Shown: positions 1 through 9,261 of the stretch, one piece after another | Layout: every line of letters begins with the position of its first letter | Numbering within the stretch: the first letter of the stretch is position 1 | The notes under the pieces: model-generated | What the model saw: only the letters and a program-made list of their open reading frames with translations | The model's database searches: none | Told to the model about the DNA's origin: nothing | From: a virus | Lineage: Duplodnaviria > Caudoviricetes | DNA length: 64,000 nt | Strand: one strand, 5' to 3' | IMG/VR virus record: IMGVR_UViG_3300032225_000840 | Location: 434 to 64,433 of that record | Program-made: the position numbers and the translations under genes

Positions 1-519
1 ACGTTAGCCGACACCCCCACGGTAGTAGCTGCTTTTACAGGCACTATTACTGAAAACGCCACTATTGAAGACAACCAAAGTGTTATAGCTACTTTTGTTA
101 AAGATATAGTCGAAACCCTAACTTTAGAAGACTTAAGCTCTACAACCGCTTCTTTTGCTAGTGCTATAACTGAGCCAATTACAATTACGGATATACCCAC
201 GGCAATTAAGCAATTTAATACAGCTATAGCCGAAGCCCTTACCGCAGCAGACGCCCAAAATGCAGTTCTTATATTTAATGTCCAAGTAGCAGAAAACATC
301 AACCCTGCAGACGCAGCCCTAGTAATTGCTAGTTTCAATAGTATAATTAATGAAAATTTGGTACTATTAGATGCACCATTCCCAAGAGGTTGGTTTAAAA
401 TAGACGACACTCAGGCTGGGGCTTGGGCGGCTACAAACAACACAGAATCAAGTACTTGGACAAGTGTAAATGATGGACAAACCGTAACTTGGGTTAAAGT
501 TAATAATAACTACCCTTAA
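1..519 (+). CDS. 5'-truncated virion protein with 20-aa periodic repeats; probably the C-terminal part of the gene starting at 63772
   Basis: Frame 1 is open from base 1 to TAA at 517-519 (TLADTPTVVAAFTGTITENA...DAPFPRGWFKIDDTQAGAW...). Same AITE/AD periodicity and W-rich C-terminus as 61245-62081. Not in the ORF track. Confidence 0.8.
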   Translation, partial: TLADTPTVVAAFTGTITENATIEDNQSVIATFVKDIVETLTLEDLSSTTASFASAITEPITITDIPTAIKQFNTAIAEALTAADAQNAVLIFNVQVAENINPADAALVIASFNSIINENLVLLDAPFPRGWFKIDDTQAGAWAATNNTESSTWTSVNDGQTVTWVKVNNNYP

Positions 520-528
520 AGGATAAAC

Positions 529-1626
529 ATGGCAAGCTCATACTCCCCCTCATTAAAATTAGAACTTATTGGAAACGGCGATCAGTCCGGTACATGGGGA
601 ACTACCACCAACAATAATCTAGGCACTTTACTAGAACAAGCTATTACGGGTGTCCAGACCATTACTATGGTTAACGCCAACTACACACTATCAAGCTATA
701 ACGGAACTTCAGATGAAGCTCGCAATGCGGTTTTGGTGGTAGGTGGTACAAACAGTGCATCGCGTCAAATTATTATCCCCTTAGTTAAAAAGCTTTATGT
801 GGTTACAAACAACACTTCAGGCGGATATGCTATTACTATTGGTGGAGCTACTGGTACAACCGTGACTATCCCTAACGGAGTAACTGCCCAAGTCTATTGC
901 GACGGAACTAACACTTATTCTGCTCAAACTGGATCGGCTGGTAACTTCACAGTAAATGGCACTTTAACTTCTACAGGTTTAACTGATACCGGCAATATGA
1001 GCGTTGGTGGGACTTTAGGAGTAACTGGGGCAACTACATTAGCGGGGGCTTCGGCTACTTCTTTGGCTGTTACGGGCACAACTACATTAAATACAAGCTT
1101 AACAGGACTTGCAAAATTAACAGCGGGTGTTGTTTCTGCCGCCACTGTCGGTACTGATTATGTTGCTCCCGGAACAGCTACTACTTTTACCGCACTTCAA
1201 ACATTTGCTGGCACAAGCTCAAATGCCGCCTTAACAACAAATAATCTTTTAGAAACCGCTACAGTTTCAGCAACTGCCGCTACTGGCACAATTAACTTTG
1301 ATTTAACTACACAGTCTGTTGTGTACTATACAACTAACGCTTCTGGAAACTGGACTATTAATTTTCGCGGGTCTTCTGGTACTTCATTAAATACTATTAT
1401 GTCTACAGGACAGTCTATCAGCGCAACATTTTTAGCTGCTCAAGGCGGTACGGCGTACTACAATTCTGCTGTAACTATTGATGGCGTTTCTGTAACCCCT
1501 AAGTGGCAAGGTGGTACTGCACCAAGTTCAGGTAATACTAGTGCTATTGATGTTTATTGCTATGTCATTATTAAAACTGGATCGGCTGCGTATACCGTTT
1601 TAGCTTCTGTAACCAAATTCGCTTAA
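529..1626 (+). CDS. Tail fibre / virion structural protein
   Basis: Thr/Gly/Ser-rich 365 aa. N-terminus (MASSYSPSLKLELIGNGDQSGTWG) and C-terminus (TPKWQGGTAPS..IDVY) look like podophage fibre modules; lies in the fibre cluster. Confidence 0.7.
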   Translation: MASSYSPSLKLELIGNGDQSGTWGTTTNNNLGTLLEQAITGVQTITMVNANYTLSSYNGTSDEARNAVLVVGGTNSASRQIIIPLVKKLYVVTNNTSGGYAITIGGATGTTVTIPNGVTAQVYCDGTNTYSAQTGSAGNFTVNGTLTSTGLTDTGNMSVGGTLGVTGATTLAGASATSLAVTGTTTLNTSLTGLAKLTAGVVSAATVGTDYVAPGTATTFTALQTFAGTSSNAALTTNNLLETATVSATAATGTINFDLTTQSVVYYTTNASGNWTINFRGSSGTSLNTIMSTGQSISATFLAAQGGTAYYNSAVTIDGVSVTPKWQGGTAPSSGNTSAIDVYCYVIIKTGSAAYTVLASVTKFA

Positions 1627-1627
1627 C

Positions 1628-2533
1628 ATGCCAAGACTTTCTTTAATTGGTGCTGCTTCTGACAGAGCCTTTGGTTTTGCTGGAATATCTTTACCTCCTA
1701 CAATTGAGATACTGGTAGTTGGTGGCGGTGGCGGTGGCGGTGGATATTATAACGGTGGTGGAGCAGGTGGAGTTATTTATAACGCAAGTCTTGGTATTAC
1801 TCCGGGTTCTTATACAGTTACTGTTGGTAGCGGAGGTTCTAGTGCAAATGGGGGAAACTCTGCTTTTGGTGGTTTAATAACCGCTTATGGTGGTGGGTCA
1901 AATAGCACTGGCGGTTCGGGGTCTGGAAACAATGCTTATTGGGGTAATTCTGGATATGCAGCAGTTAGCGGTATTGGTGGAACTGCATATGGTAATTCTG
2001 GTGGAGCAACTAGCGGACGCGGTACAAATAACTCCACGGTTTTTGGTGGTGGCGGCGGAGCCGGAGCTGCTGGAGCTGCTGGTGTAACCGATAATTCTGG
2101 TGGTACTGGTGGAGCAGGATATTATTTTGCTATTGCGCAAGCCGCAGGGGTAGGGACGGATGCAAGTGGAAACTTAAATGGTGGTGGATATGTAGCCGGA
2201 GGTGGAGCAGGGGGCGGTACTCGTTCTTTGACATCTAATTGGCATAATAATTTTGCTGGTGGTATCGGCGGTGGCGGTTGGTCTGGAGATGGTTCTAGTA
2301 ACCCAACTGGATACACAAATGCAGGTGCACCTAATACTGGTGGTGGGGGCGGTGGTCTTGCTGGCGGTGAATTTGGTTCTGTAGGTGGCGGTTCTGGCGG
2401 TTCTGGCGTAGTTGTTTTAAGATACCCAAGTAATTTTGGAGCGGCCTCTGCAACAACCGGTTCGCCTACAGTAACTATTTCTGGTGGGTATCGTATTTAT
2501 AAATTTACCGGTAGCGGTTCAATTACGTTTTAA
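1628..2533 (+). CDS. Glycine-rich tail adhesin-like protein
   Basis: Many GGGGG/GAGG runs and a C-terminal GGSGVVVLRYP...YRIYKFTGSGSITF, typical of phage glycine-rich domains. Confidence 0.7.
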   Translation: MPRLSLIGAASDRAFGFAGISLPPTIEILVVGGGGGGGGYYNGGGAGGVIYNASLGITPGSYTVTVGSGGSSANGGNSAFGGLITAYGGGSNSTGGSGSGNNAYWGNSGYAAVSGIGGTAYGNSGGATSGRGTNNSTVFGGGGGAGAAGAAGVTDNSGGTGGAGYYFAIAQAAGVGTDASGNLNGGGYVAGGGAGGGTRSLTSNWHNNFAGGIGGGGWSGDGSSNPTGYTNAGAPNTGGGGGGLAGGEFGSVGGGSGGSGVVVLRYPSNFGAASATTGSPTVTISGGYRIYKFTGSGSITF

Positions 2534-2542
2534 GGACATTTA

Positions 2543-3079
2543 ATGAGTTCAGTTGTCATAAGCGGAGATACAAGCGGTGCTGTTACTTTAGCAGTTCCAA
2601 CTGTTGCAGGAACAAACACAGCGACTTTACCAGCCGCTACAGGCACAGTAATGGTTAGCGGTAATATGCCAGCGTTTAGTGCTTATACAAGCGCAAATCA
2701 AAGCATTACAACAACAACTTACACAAAAATAGCTTGTAACACTAAAGTATTTGATACAAACACTAATTATGATGCAACAACAAACTATCGTTTTACACCA
2801 ACTGTAGCTGGTTATTATCAATTAAATTTAAATTTGCAATTAGGATTTGCAACATTAACTAGAACAATTAGTATTTTGTATAAAAACGGTTCTGCTTTCA
2901 ATTATGGAGTTGATTTTAGTGGTTCTTCTTTAGCTAGTTGTACAACAACTTATTTAGTATATGCAAATGGCACAACAGATTATTTTGAAATGTACACATT
3001 TTTAGTTGGTACATCTTTACTTTCTGTGGGTGGTGCAACAGGCACAAACTTTAGTGGTGTTTTAGTAAGGAGCGCATAA
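2543..3079 (+). CDS. Short fibre / adhesin module (C1q/TNF-like beta domain suspected)
   Basis: N-terminal docking segment then PAFSAY...FDT...YD...RFTPTVAGYYQ...YFEMY...FSGVLV, a C1q-like pattern. Confidence 0.55.
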   Translation: MSSVVISGDTSGAVTLAVPTVAGTNTATLPAATGTVMVSGNMPAFSAYTSANQSITTTTYTKIACNTKVFDTNTNYDATTNYRFTPTVAGYYQLNLNLQLGFATLTRTISILYKNGSAFNYGVDFSGSSLASCTTTYLVYANGTTDYFEMYTFLVGTSLLSVGGATGTNFSGVLVRSA

Positions 3080-3240
3080 TGACTTTATACGACAAAATCA
3101 TGGCTCTATATCCTAGCCTTACACAACAGGATTTCTTGACTGTAATCACACTTCAAAACGATTCAGACGGCAAAGGTGATTACATTGCTAAATGGGAACA
3201 CCCTACACTAGCTAAACCAACAGATGAGGAGTTAGCATAA
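3079..3240 (+). CDS. XkdW-like small fibre-associated protein (53 aa)
   Basis: Not in the ORF track. ATG overlaps the upstream stop; MTLYDKIMALYPSL...LQNDSDGKGDYIAKWEHPTLAKPTDEELA. Confidence 0.7.
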   Translation: MTLYDKIMALYPSLTQQDFLTVITLQNDSDGKGDYIAKWEHPTLAKPTDEELA

Positions 3241-4355
3241 TGCCTTACGGAACAGTATCGGCTGATGTAATCGGTACAAGCGTAACTGGCTCTAATCTAG
3301 GGGCAGGAAATGCGTCAATTTGTAAAAATCGCCTGATAAATGGCGATATGCGTGTGGACCAAAGAAATGCTGGTGCTAGTGTTACCCTTGCTTCAGGAGG
3401 TGCTTACACCTTAGATAGATATAACTGTCAGAGCAATCAAGCAAGTAAATATTCAGTTCAACAAAACGCTGGTTCTGTAACTCCACCAGTAGGTTTTACT
3501 AATTATCTAGGAGCTACTTCTTTATCTGCTTATTCTGTGTTATCAACAGATTATTTTAGAATACAGCAAATTATTGAAGGGTATAACATAGCTGACTTAG
3601 GCTGGGGGACAGCTAACGCTAAAACTGTAACATTGTCTTTTCAAGCATATTCATCTTTAACTGGTACTTTTGGCGGTGTCCTTGCTAATGGGGGACAAAG
3701 CCGTAGTTACCCTTTTACTTACACTATTTCTTCTGCAAATACTTGGGAACAGAAATCTTTAACTATAGCTGGTGATACAAGCGGAACTTGGACAACAACT
3801 AATACTGCTGGCTTACAGGTAAATTTCCAATTAGGTGTTGGTTCAGATTATGTGGGTGCCGCTGGTGCTTGGGCTAGTGCCAATTACGTTGGCGCAAGTG
3901 GTTGTGTGTCCGTAGTAGGAACAAACGGAGCAACCTTCTACATTACTGGTGTGCAACTAGAAGTAGGAAGTAGTGCTACTGGATTTGAGTATCGTCAGTA
4001 TGGACAAGAGTTAGCTTTGTGTCAGCGGTATTATTATAAGTATGGTAATTTAAGTGGAACAAGCACTTATCCTATTATGCTTCAATGTTATTCATCAACA
4101 TCAGCATTTGGGAAAATATGTGATTTACAAGTACAAATGCGAGCTACACCAACAGTAAGTACATCTGGAACATTTACTGCTGGTACTGCTGCTGGAGGAG
4201 CTGCTGGAGCTTTCACTTCAACAACAATTGACAGACCGTCAATTAATTCTTTAACAACAAGCGGCTGGACAGGGTCTAGTGGTTTAGCAGCAGGAAACGC
4301 AACTGTTGTAACTGTGCCTGATAGTGCATTTGTTCAAGCCTCAGCGGAGTTATAA
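3240..4355 (+). CDS. Tail fibre / putative carbohydrate-binding adhesin
   Basis: KNRLINGDMRVDQRN...ITGVQLEVGSSATGFEYRQYGQELALCQRYY is a pattern common in phage receptor-binding proteins. Confidence 0.7.
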   Translation: MPYGTVSADVIGTSVTGSNLGAGNASICKNRLINGDMRVDQRNAGASVTLASGGAYTLDRYNCQSNQASKYSVQQNAGSVTPPVGFTNYLGATSLSAYSVLSTDYFRIQQIIEGYNIADLGWGTANAKTVTLSFQAYSSLTGTFGGVLANGGQSRSYPFTYTISSANTWEQKSLTIAGDTSGTWTTTNTAGLQVNFQLGVGSDYVGAAGAWASANYVGASGCVSVVGTNGATFYITGVQLEVGSSATGFEYRQYGQELALCQRYYYKYGNLSGTSTYPIMLQCYSSTSAFGKICDLQVQMRATPTVSTSGTFTAGTAAGGAAGAFTSTTIDRPSINSLTTSGWTGSSGLAAGNATVVTVPDSAFVQASAEL

Positions 4356-4356
4356 A

Positions 4357-4569
4357 ATGTATAAATTATATAAATCACCAAGAACAGGCGAAACTGTTAA
4401 TGTAGTTATTCGCTTATTCGATAATGCTTGCATCCCATTCGACCCTGACAACACAGATTACCAAGCCTTTAAGTCTGCTATTAACGCACAGACAGCACAA
4501 CTTGAAGACGCTGACGGCAACTTAATGACACCTGAACAAGCAATCACTTATGTAGAAACATTACCATGA
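4357..4569 (+). CDS. Small fibre-associated chaperone-like protein
   Basis: Start moved to ATG 4357, just after the upstream stop. IPFDPDNTDYQAFK motif. Confidence 0.6.
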   Translation: MYKLYKSPRTGETVNVVIRLFDNACIPFDPDNTDYQAFKSAINAQTAQLEDADGNLMTPEQAITYVETLP

Positions 4570-5210
4570 CAACAATAATTAACGGTTCAAGCCCGTCAAT
4601 CACATTTAGTGATTCGACAACGCAGAGCACGGGAGTGCCAGCGCCTAGTACTTCAGGCAATGTATTAACTTCTAACGGAAGCGCATGGACAAGCGTAGCA
4701 AATCCCTATGTTGGTGGCCCAAGAGCGCAAGTTTTTGTTGCTAACGGAACATTTACTATTCCATCAGGTGTAACTGCGGTTAAAGTTACTGTTATTGGTG
4801 GTGGCGGTGGCGGTGCTGGAGATACTACTGACGGAACTTCAGGTGGAACTTCATCTGTAGCATCAGGAACTCAATCTATTACAACAATTAGCGGAACTGG
4901 CGGTGGCACAAGATATGGCGGTGGCGGAAGTGGAACAAATGGTGATTTAAATATGACTGGCGGTGCTGGAAGTGGCGCAGTAACACAAAACGCTGGTGGT
5001 GGCACTCTTTATGGTTTTGCTTATAATTCTAATTACGGACATGGTGGTAGCGGTGATTTTGGTGGTGGTGGTGGCGGTGGAACTGCTATTAAATGGTTAT
5101 CAGGTTTAACTGCTGGAAATACATTAACAGTAACTAGAGGTGGCGGTGGAACAGGCGGCACTACTGGTGGTAATAGTGGTGCTGGCGGTGTAATAGTTTT
5201 TGAATACTAA
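4566..5210 (+). CDS. Glycine-rich adhesin-like protein
   Basis: AQVFVANGTFTIPSGVTAVKVTVIGGGGGG...GAGGVIVFEY glycine-rich domain. Confidence 0.7.
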   Translation: MTTIINGSSPSITFSDSTTQSTGVPAPSTSGNVLTSNGSAWTSVANPYVGGPRAQVFVANGTFTIPSGVTAVKVTVIGGGGGGAGDTTDGTSGGTSSVASGTQSITTISGTGGGTRYGGGGSGTNGDLNMTGGAGSGAVTQNAGGGTLYGFAYNSNYGHGGSGDFGGGGGGGTAIKWLSGLTAGNTLTVTRGGGGTGGTTGGNSGAGGVIVFEY

Positions 5211-5221
5211 AGGAATAAAAA

Positions 5222-5497
5222 ATGGAACAAAACTATTTAATGATTAATCCGTCTAATGTTGTTGATAATGTTGTTACTTGGGATGGTAATCCTAACACAT
5301 GGCAACCACCAAGTGACTATTTAATGTTAGTTCAAGCAACTACTCCCGCTTTAGTTTGGGTAGCAGTAAAAGTTGATAATAAAATTACAGATTATGTTTT
5401 AGAAGAAATTGTTGGACAAGGCGGCATTGGTTTTACTTGGAATGGTTCAGTTTTAACTACCAATCAACCTAAACCACCTATCCCACCTACGGAATAA
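5222..5497 (+). CDS. Small fibre-associated protein
   Basis: VVDNVVTWDG...GGIGFTWNG pattern, directly after the glycine-rich gene. Confidence 0.6.
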   Translation: MEQNYLMINPSNVVDNVVTWDGNPNTWQPPSDYLMLVQATTPALVWVAVKVDNKITDYVLEEIVGQGGIGFTWNGSVLTTNQPKPPIPPTE

Positions 5498-5500
5498 AGC

Positions 5501-5869
5501 ATGATTTTAGAAACCCTTATCGGCGCTCTGGTGCCCGTCGGCATTGACGGTATTAAGTCCCTAATTGGCATGTTCACAGGTGGAGTAAAGCCCCTTAACG
5601 TTGACGACCAGATTAAGCTTGACCAAAACGAAATAGCCAAATTACAAGCCATCGCCCAGCTAGATAACCCATATGGTCAACCGAGCCAGTGGGTAGTGGA
5701 TTTAAGGGCGTCTAGTCGTTATTTAGGTGCTTTGTTTGTTATAATAGTGGGCATTGGCTCGCTGTTTTTACCCGTAGCACCTGAGATCCAACGTATTGGC
5801 GTAGAGGCGGCTAATATTGCGTTTGGCTTTTTGTTTGGAACCCGCATTATGGCTAACCTTAAAAAATGA
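5501..5869 (+). CDS. Putative holin
   Basis: Two C-terminal hydrophobic segments and a basic tail (NLKK); overlaps the endolysin start. Confidence 0.65.
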   Translation: MILETLIGALVPVGIDGIKSLIGMFTGGVKPLNVDDQIKLDQNEIAKLQAIAQLDNPYGQPSQWVVDLRASSRYLGALFVIIVGIGSLFLPVAPEIQRIGVEAANIAFGFLFGTRIMANLKK

Positions 5870-6381
5870 CGGATAACTTTGACAACTGCCTAAAGCACTT
5901 GCTAGTCCACGAGGGAAGATTTGTTAACCACCCGTCTGATCCCGGCGGAATGACTAATTTAGGGGTAACTGCTAAAGTATGGGCAGAGTGGACAGGACAC
6001 GATGTTAATGAGAAAATTATGCGTAATTTAACCCCTGCTGATGTTGCACCTTTATATAGAAAGAAATATTGGAATGCTTGCCGAGCTGATGAGCTTGTTT
6101 CTGGTCTTGATTACGCTGTTTTTGACTGCGCAGTTAATTCAGGGGTCGGGCGCGCTATTAAACTTTTACAAAAATGCGTTGGGGTTCCTGCTGATGGTGG
6201 TTTCGGTCCTACTACTTATGCAGCCGTAGCGCAATTCAAAGGGGGTACTAGCAAAAAGCTAGTTGAAGATTACTGTAATGAGAGGCTTGAGTTTTTAACG
6301 TCTTTACCTACTTTTGGTACATTTGGTAGAGGTTGGACTCGTCGGGTAAACGAAGTAAAAGATGAAGCGCTAAGGATGTAA
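5866..6381 (+). CDS. Endolysin, glycoside hydrolase family 108 with peptidoglycan-binding domain
   Basis: HEGRFVNHPSDPGGMTNLGVT (the usual EGGY appears as EGRF, catalytic Glu kept), DCAVNSG, and C-terminal FGRGWTRRV. Confidence 0.9.
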   Translation: MTDNFDNCLKHLLVHEGRFVNHPSDPGGMTNLGVTAKVWAEWTGHDVNEKIMRNLTPADVAPLYRKKYWNACRADELVSGLDYAVFDCAVNSGVGRAIKLLQKCVGVPADGGFGPTTYAAVAQFKGGTSKKLVEDYCNERLEFLTSLPTFGTFGRGWTRRVNEVKDEALRM

Positions 6382-6384
6382 CCT

Positions 6385-8571
6385 ATGCCATTACAAAAAC
6401 TTGTTTTTAAAGCCGGAATAAATAAAGAGGGAACTAATTATACCAATGAGGGCGGGTGGTTTGATTGTGACAAAGTACGCTTTCGTTCTGGCAACGCCGA
6501 AAAGATTGGCGGTTGGACTCGGCTTTCTAACAATACTTTTGTGGGTATCTGCCGCTCTTTATGGAATTGGGCTACTTTAGCGGGAGCCAACTATCTAGGT
6601 TTAGGTACAAGTAAAAAATACTATATTGAAAACGGCGGTGCTTATAATGATGTTACCCCGTTGCGTGTTAATGGCGCTGGCTCAACTACAACTACTTTAA
6701 CCGCAAACCCTTTTTCTGCTACTTCTGGTAGTGCCCTTATTGTTGTAACCGACACTGTTAGTGGTATTTCGCCTAGTATTGGTGATTACGTTACTTTTAC
6801 AAGCACAACGTCTGTTGGAGGGTTGACTATTAGTGGAGAATATACTGTAACTTCATTAGTATCGTCTGTTGCTTATAGAATTACGGCTTCAAGTACAGCA
6901 TCTTCTACAGGCACGGGTGGAGGCACAGTCACCGCACAATACCAATACCCAATCGGTAATGACGTATATACAACAAGTAATGGCTGGGGAGCCGGTGCTT
7001 GGTCACCAACTAATCCAGTAACTTTAGGGGCTAATCCTTTTGCTTCAAATTCTACGGGTGTTTTAACAGTAACTTATACAGCCCACGGTTTATCCAACGG
7101 TAATTACGTATCTTTTTCTGGGGCAACTACGTTTGCTGGAATACCCGCAGCTATGCTTAATAATACTTTTGTTATTGCTGGGGTTACTGCTAATACGTTT
7201 ACAATTACTTTACCAAGTTCTTTTACAGCAACCTCAACAACATCGGGAGGTGGTAGTGCCGTTATAGCATATCCTCAATACGGAACTCGTGGATGGGGCG
7301 ATGCAGCTACTGTAGGTATTGGTTCGCAATTACGCCTTTGGACTAATGATAATTTTGGTGAAGACTTAATTATTGCCCCCCGTGGAGGCGGTATTTATTA
7401 TTGGGACGCAACAACAGGAGTAAATGTAAGAGCAATCCTTTTAAATACGCTTTCTACATCGTTAGGCTATTCTGGACAATTTGTACCAAATACAACTAAT
7501 CAAATTATTGGTTCGGCAATCCAGCGTTTTGTTATTGCTTTTGGCGCTAACCCATACGACCCAACAAATTCCAGTACGGCTTTTGATCCACTATTAGTAC
7601 GCTGGTCAGATCAAGAAAATCCATATGAATGGGTGCCTGCAATTACAAATCAGTCTGGTGAATACCGACTCAATATCGGCTCTTATATTATGTGTGCCCG
7701 CTCAACCCGCCAAGAGATTTTAGTTTGGACTGATGCAGCTATTTATTCCATGCAGTATTTAGGACCCCCCTATGTTTGGGGTTTTCAGTTGTTACAGGAC
7801 AATATTTCTATTATGGGCCCCAATGCGTCTATAACAGTTAATAACGTGACTTACTGGATGGGTACGGATAAGTTCTATAGATACACAGGTCGAGTTGAAA
7901 CCCTAGTTTGTACTTTGCGTCAGTACGTATTCCAAGACATTAATATGGATCAAAGCTTTCAAGTATTTTCTGGTTCAGTAGAAGGCTACAATGAAATTTG
8001 GTGGTTCTATTGTTCGGCCAATAGCACTACAGTTGATCGCTATGTTATTTATAATTATGTAGATAACGTATGGTATTACGGCAATATGGCACGTACAGCT
8101 TGGTTAGACTCTGGTTTACGTCAATATCCTATGGCAGCCAACTACGACAATCGAGTTCTTTACCATGAAAACGGTGTTGACGATGTATCCGGACTAACCC
8201 CCGTGCCTATTGAAGCATATGTACAGTCTTCTGACTTTGATATTGGGGATGGGCACAACTTTGGGTTTGTATGGCGTATATTGCCCGATTTAACTTTTAA
8301 TGGTTCTCAGGTAGAAACCCCCTATGTAACTATGGTTGTAAAACCTCGTGTTAATTCAGGAACCCCTTATGGCACGCCTAATAACCCCATAGTAGCAAGT
8401 ACTCAAAACTACTCAAGTCAGCATGTATATAACGTACAACAATTTGACGGTCAAGTTTACACTAGGGTTAGAGGTCGTCAAATGGCTTATAGGATTGAGT
8501 CAGATACTCTCGGTGTTGCTTGGCAGATGGGATACCCCCGTATAGATATTAGACCAGACGGAAGAAGATAA
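6385..8571 (+). CDS. Tail nozzle / stabilisation protein (P22 gp10-like position) with two inserted beta domains
   Basis: MPLQKLVFKAGINKEGT..., LLVRWSDQENP, RGRQMAYRIES. Two internal ANPF-initiated repeats. Confidence 0.7.
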   Translation: MPLQKLVFKAGINKEGTNYTNEGGWFDCDKVRFRSGNAEKIGGWTRLSNNTFVGICRSLWNWATLAGANYLGLGTSKKYYIENGGAYNDVTPLRVNGAGSTTTTLTANPFSATSGSALIVVTDTVSGISPSIGDYVTFTSTTSVGGLTISGEYTVTSLVSSVAYRITASSTASSTGTGGGTVTAQYQYPIGNDVYTTSNGWGAGAWSPTNPVTLGANPFASNSTGVLTVTYTAHGLSNGNYVSFSGATTFAGIPAAMLNNTFVIAGVTANTFTITLPSSFTATSTTSGGGSAVIAYPQYGTRGWGDAATVGIGSQLRLWTNDNFGEDLIIAPRGGGIYYWDATTGVNVRAILLNTLSTSLGYSGQFVPNTTNQIIGSAIQRFVIAFGANPYDPTNSSTAFDPLLVRWSDQENPYEWVPAITNQSGEYRLNIGSYIMCARSTRQEILVWTDAAIYSMQYLGPPYVWGFQLLQDNISIMGPNASITVNNVTYWMGTDKFYRYTGRVETLVCTLRQYVFQDINMDQSFQVFSGSVEGYNEIWWFYCSANSTTVDRYVIYNYVDNVWYYGNMARTAWLDSGLRQYPMAANYDNRVLYHENGVDDVSGLTPVPIEAYVQSSDFDIGDGHNFGFVWRILPDLTFNGSQVETPYVTMVVKPRVNSGTPYGTPNNPIVASTQNYSSQHVYNVQQFDGQVYTRVRGRQMAYRIESDTLGVAWQMGYPRIDIRPDGRR

Positions 8572-9227
8572 TGTCTACTGTATTTTTACGTCCACCAAAA
8601 GCGCCTAACCTACCACTAGCCCCAAGTGGCTATGATGCTCAATTCCAAGAACAATTTTCTAACGTGCTACGTCTTTATTTTAATCAAATTGACAACGGCA
8701 TGGCTTCTTTACTTGGCGGGGAAGGCGGTGGATTTTTAAGTGTCCCATATGGTGCATTTTCTGATTTCACGTCTCAAACCACAACGGCTAATACAGCCAC
8801 TTTGATGACACTAGACACAACCGACTTTTCTAATGGTGTGTCTATATCTAGTTCTAAAATAATTGTAGATAATCCCGGAATATATAACTTGCAGTTTAGC
8901 GCTCAAGTACAAAATTTAAATAATGCCCCTCAAGACGTATATATCTGGCTCAGACAAGGTAATGATGGGGGCTCTTCGGCGGATATTGTGGGTTCTACAG
9001 GTAAAGTCGGTTTGCCGGCAAGAAAAAATCCCAGCGACCCATTTCACGATATTAAAGGCTGGAACTACTTTTTAAGTATGAATGCCAACGATTATGTGCA
9101 AATTTACTGGTCTACAACTAGCGCTAACGTAAGCATACAAACTTATGCAGCTTCTGGTACCCCGACCAAACCTTCAACAGCCTCGGTAGTAGCTACATTA
9201 AGCTTTGTATCTAGGCTTCCTTCGTGA
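8571..9227 (+). CDS. Tail-associated structural protein
   Basis: PNLPLAP..Y...LRLYFNQID N-terminus and C1q-like GIYNLQFSAQ...DYVQIYW; follows the nozzle gene. Confidence 0.55.
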   Translation: MSTVFLRPPKAPNLPLAPSGYDAQFQEQFSNVLRLYFNQIDNGMASLLGGEGGGFLSVPYGAFSDFTSQTTTANTATLMTLDTTDFSNGVSISSSKIIVDNPGIYNLQFSAQVQNLNNAPQDVYIWLRQGNDGGSSADIVGSTGKVGLPARKNPSDPFHDIKGWNYFLSMNANDYVQIYWSTTSANVSIQTYAASGTPTKPSTASVVATLSFVSRLPS

Positions 9228-9233
9228 TAAAAT
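9205..9233 (+). promoter_or_regulatory. Putative sigma70 promoter for the ejection-protein genes
   Basis: TTGTAT-17 bp-TAAAAT with an extended -10 TG. Confidence 0.45.
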
Positions 9234-9261
9234 CTATTAAATTCAACCCCAAGAGGTTCGT

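Noticed and set aside
529-5497. Diversity-generating retroelement acting on the fibre genes
   Set aside because: No reverse transcriptase motif (YxDD) in any ORF, and no ~100-bp template/variable repeat pair with adenine-specific mismatches was noticed.
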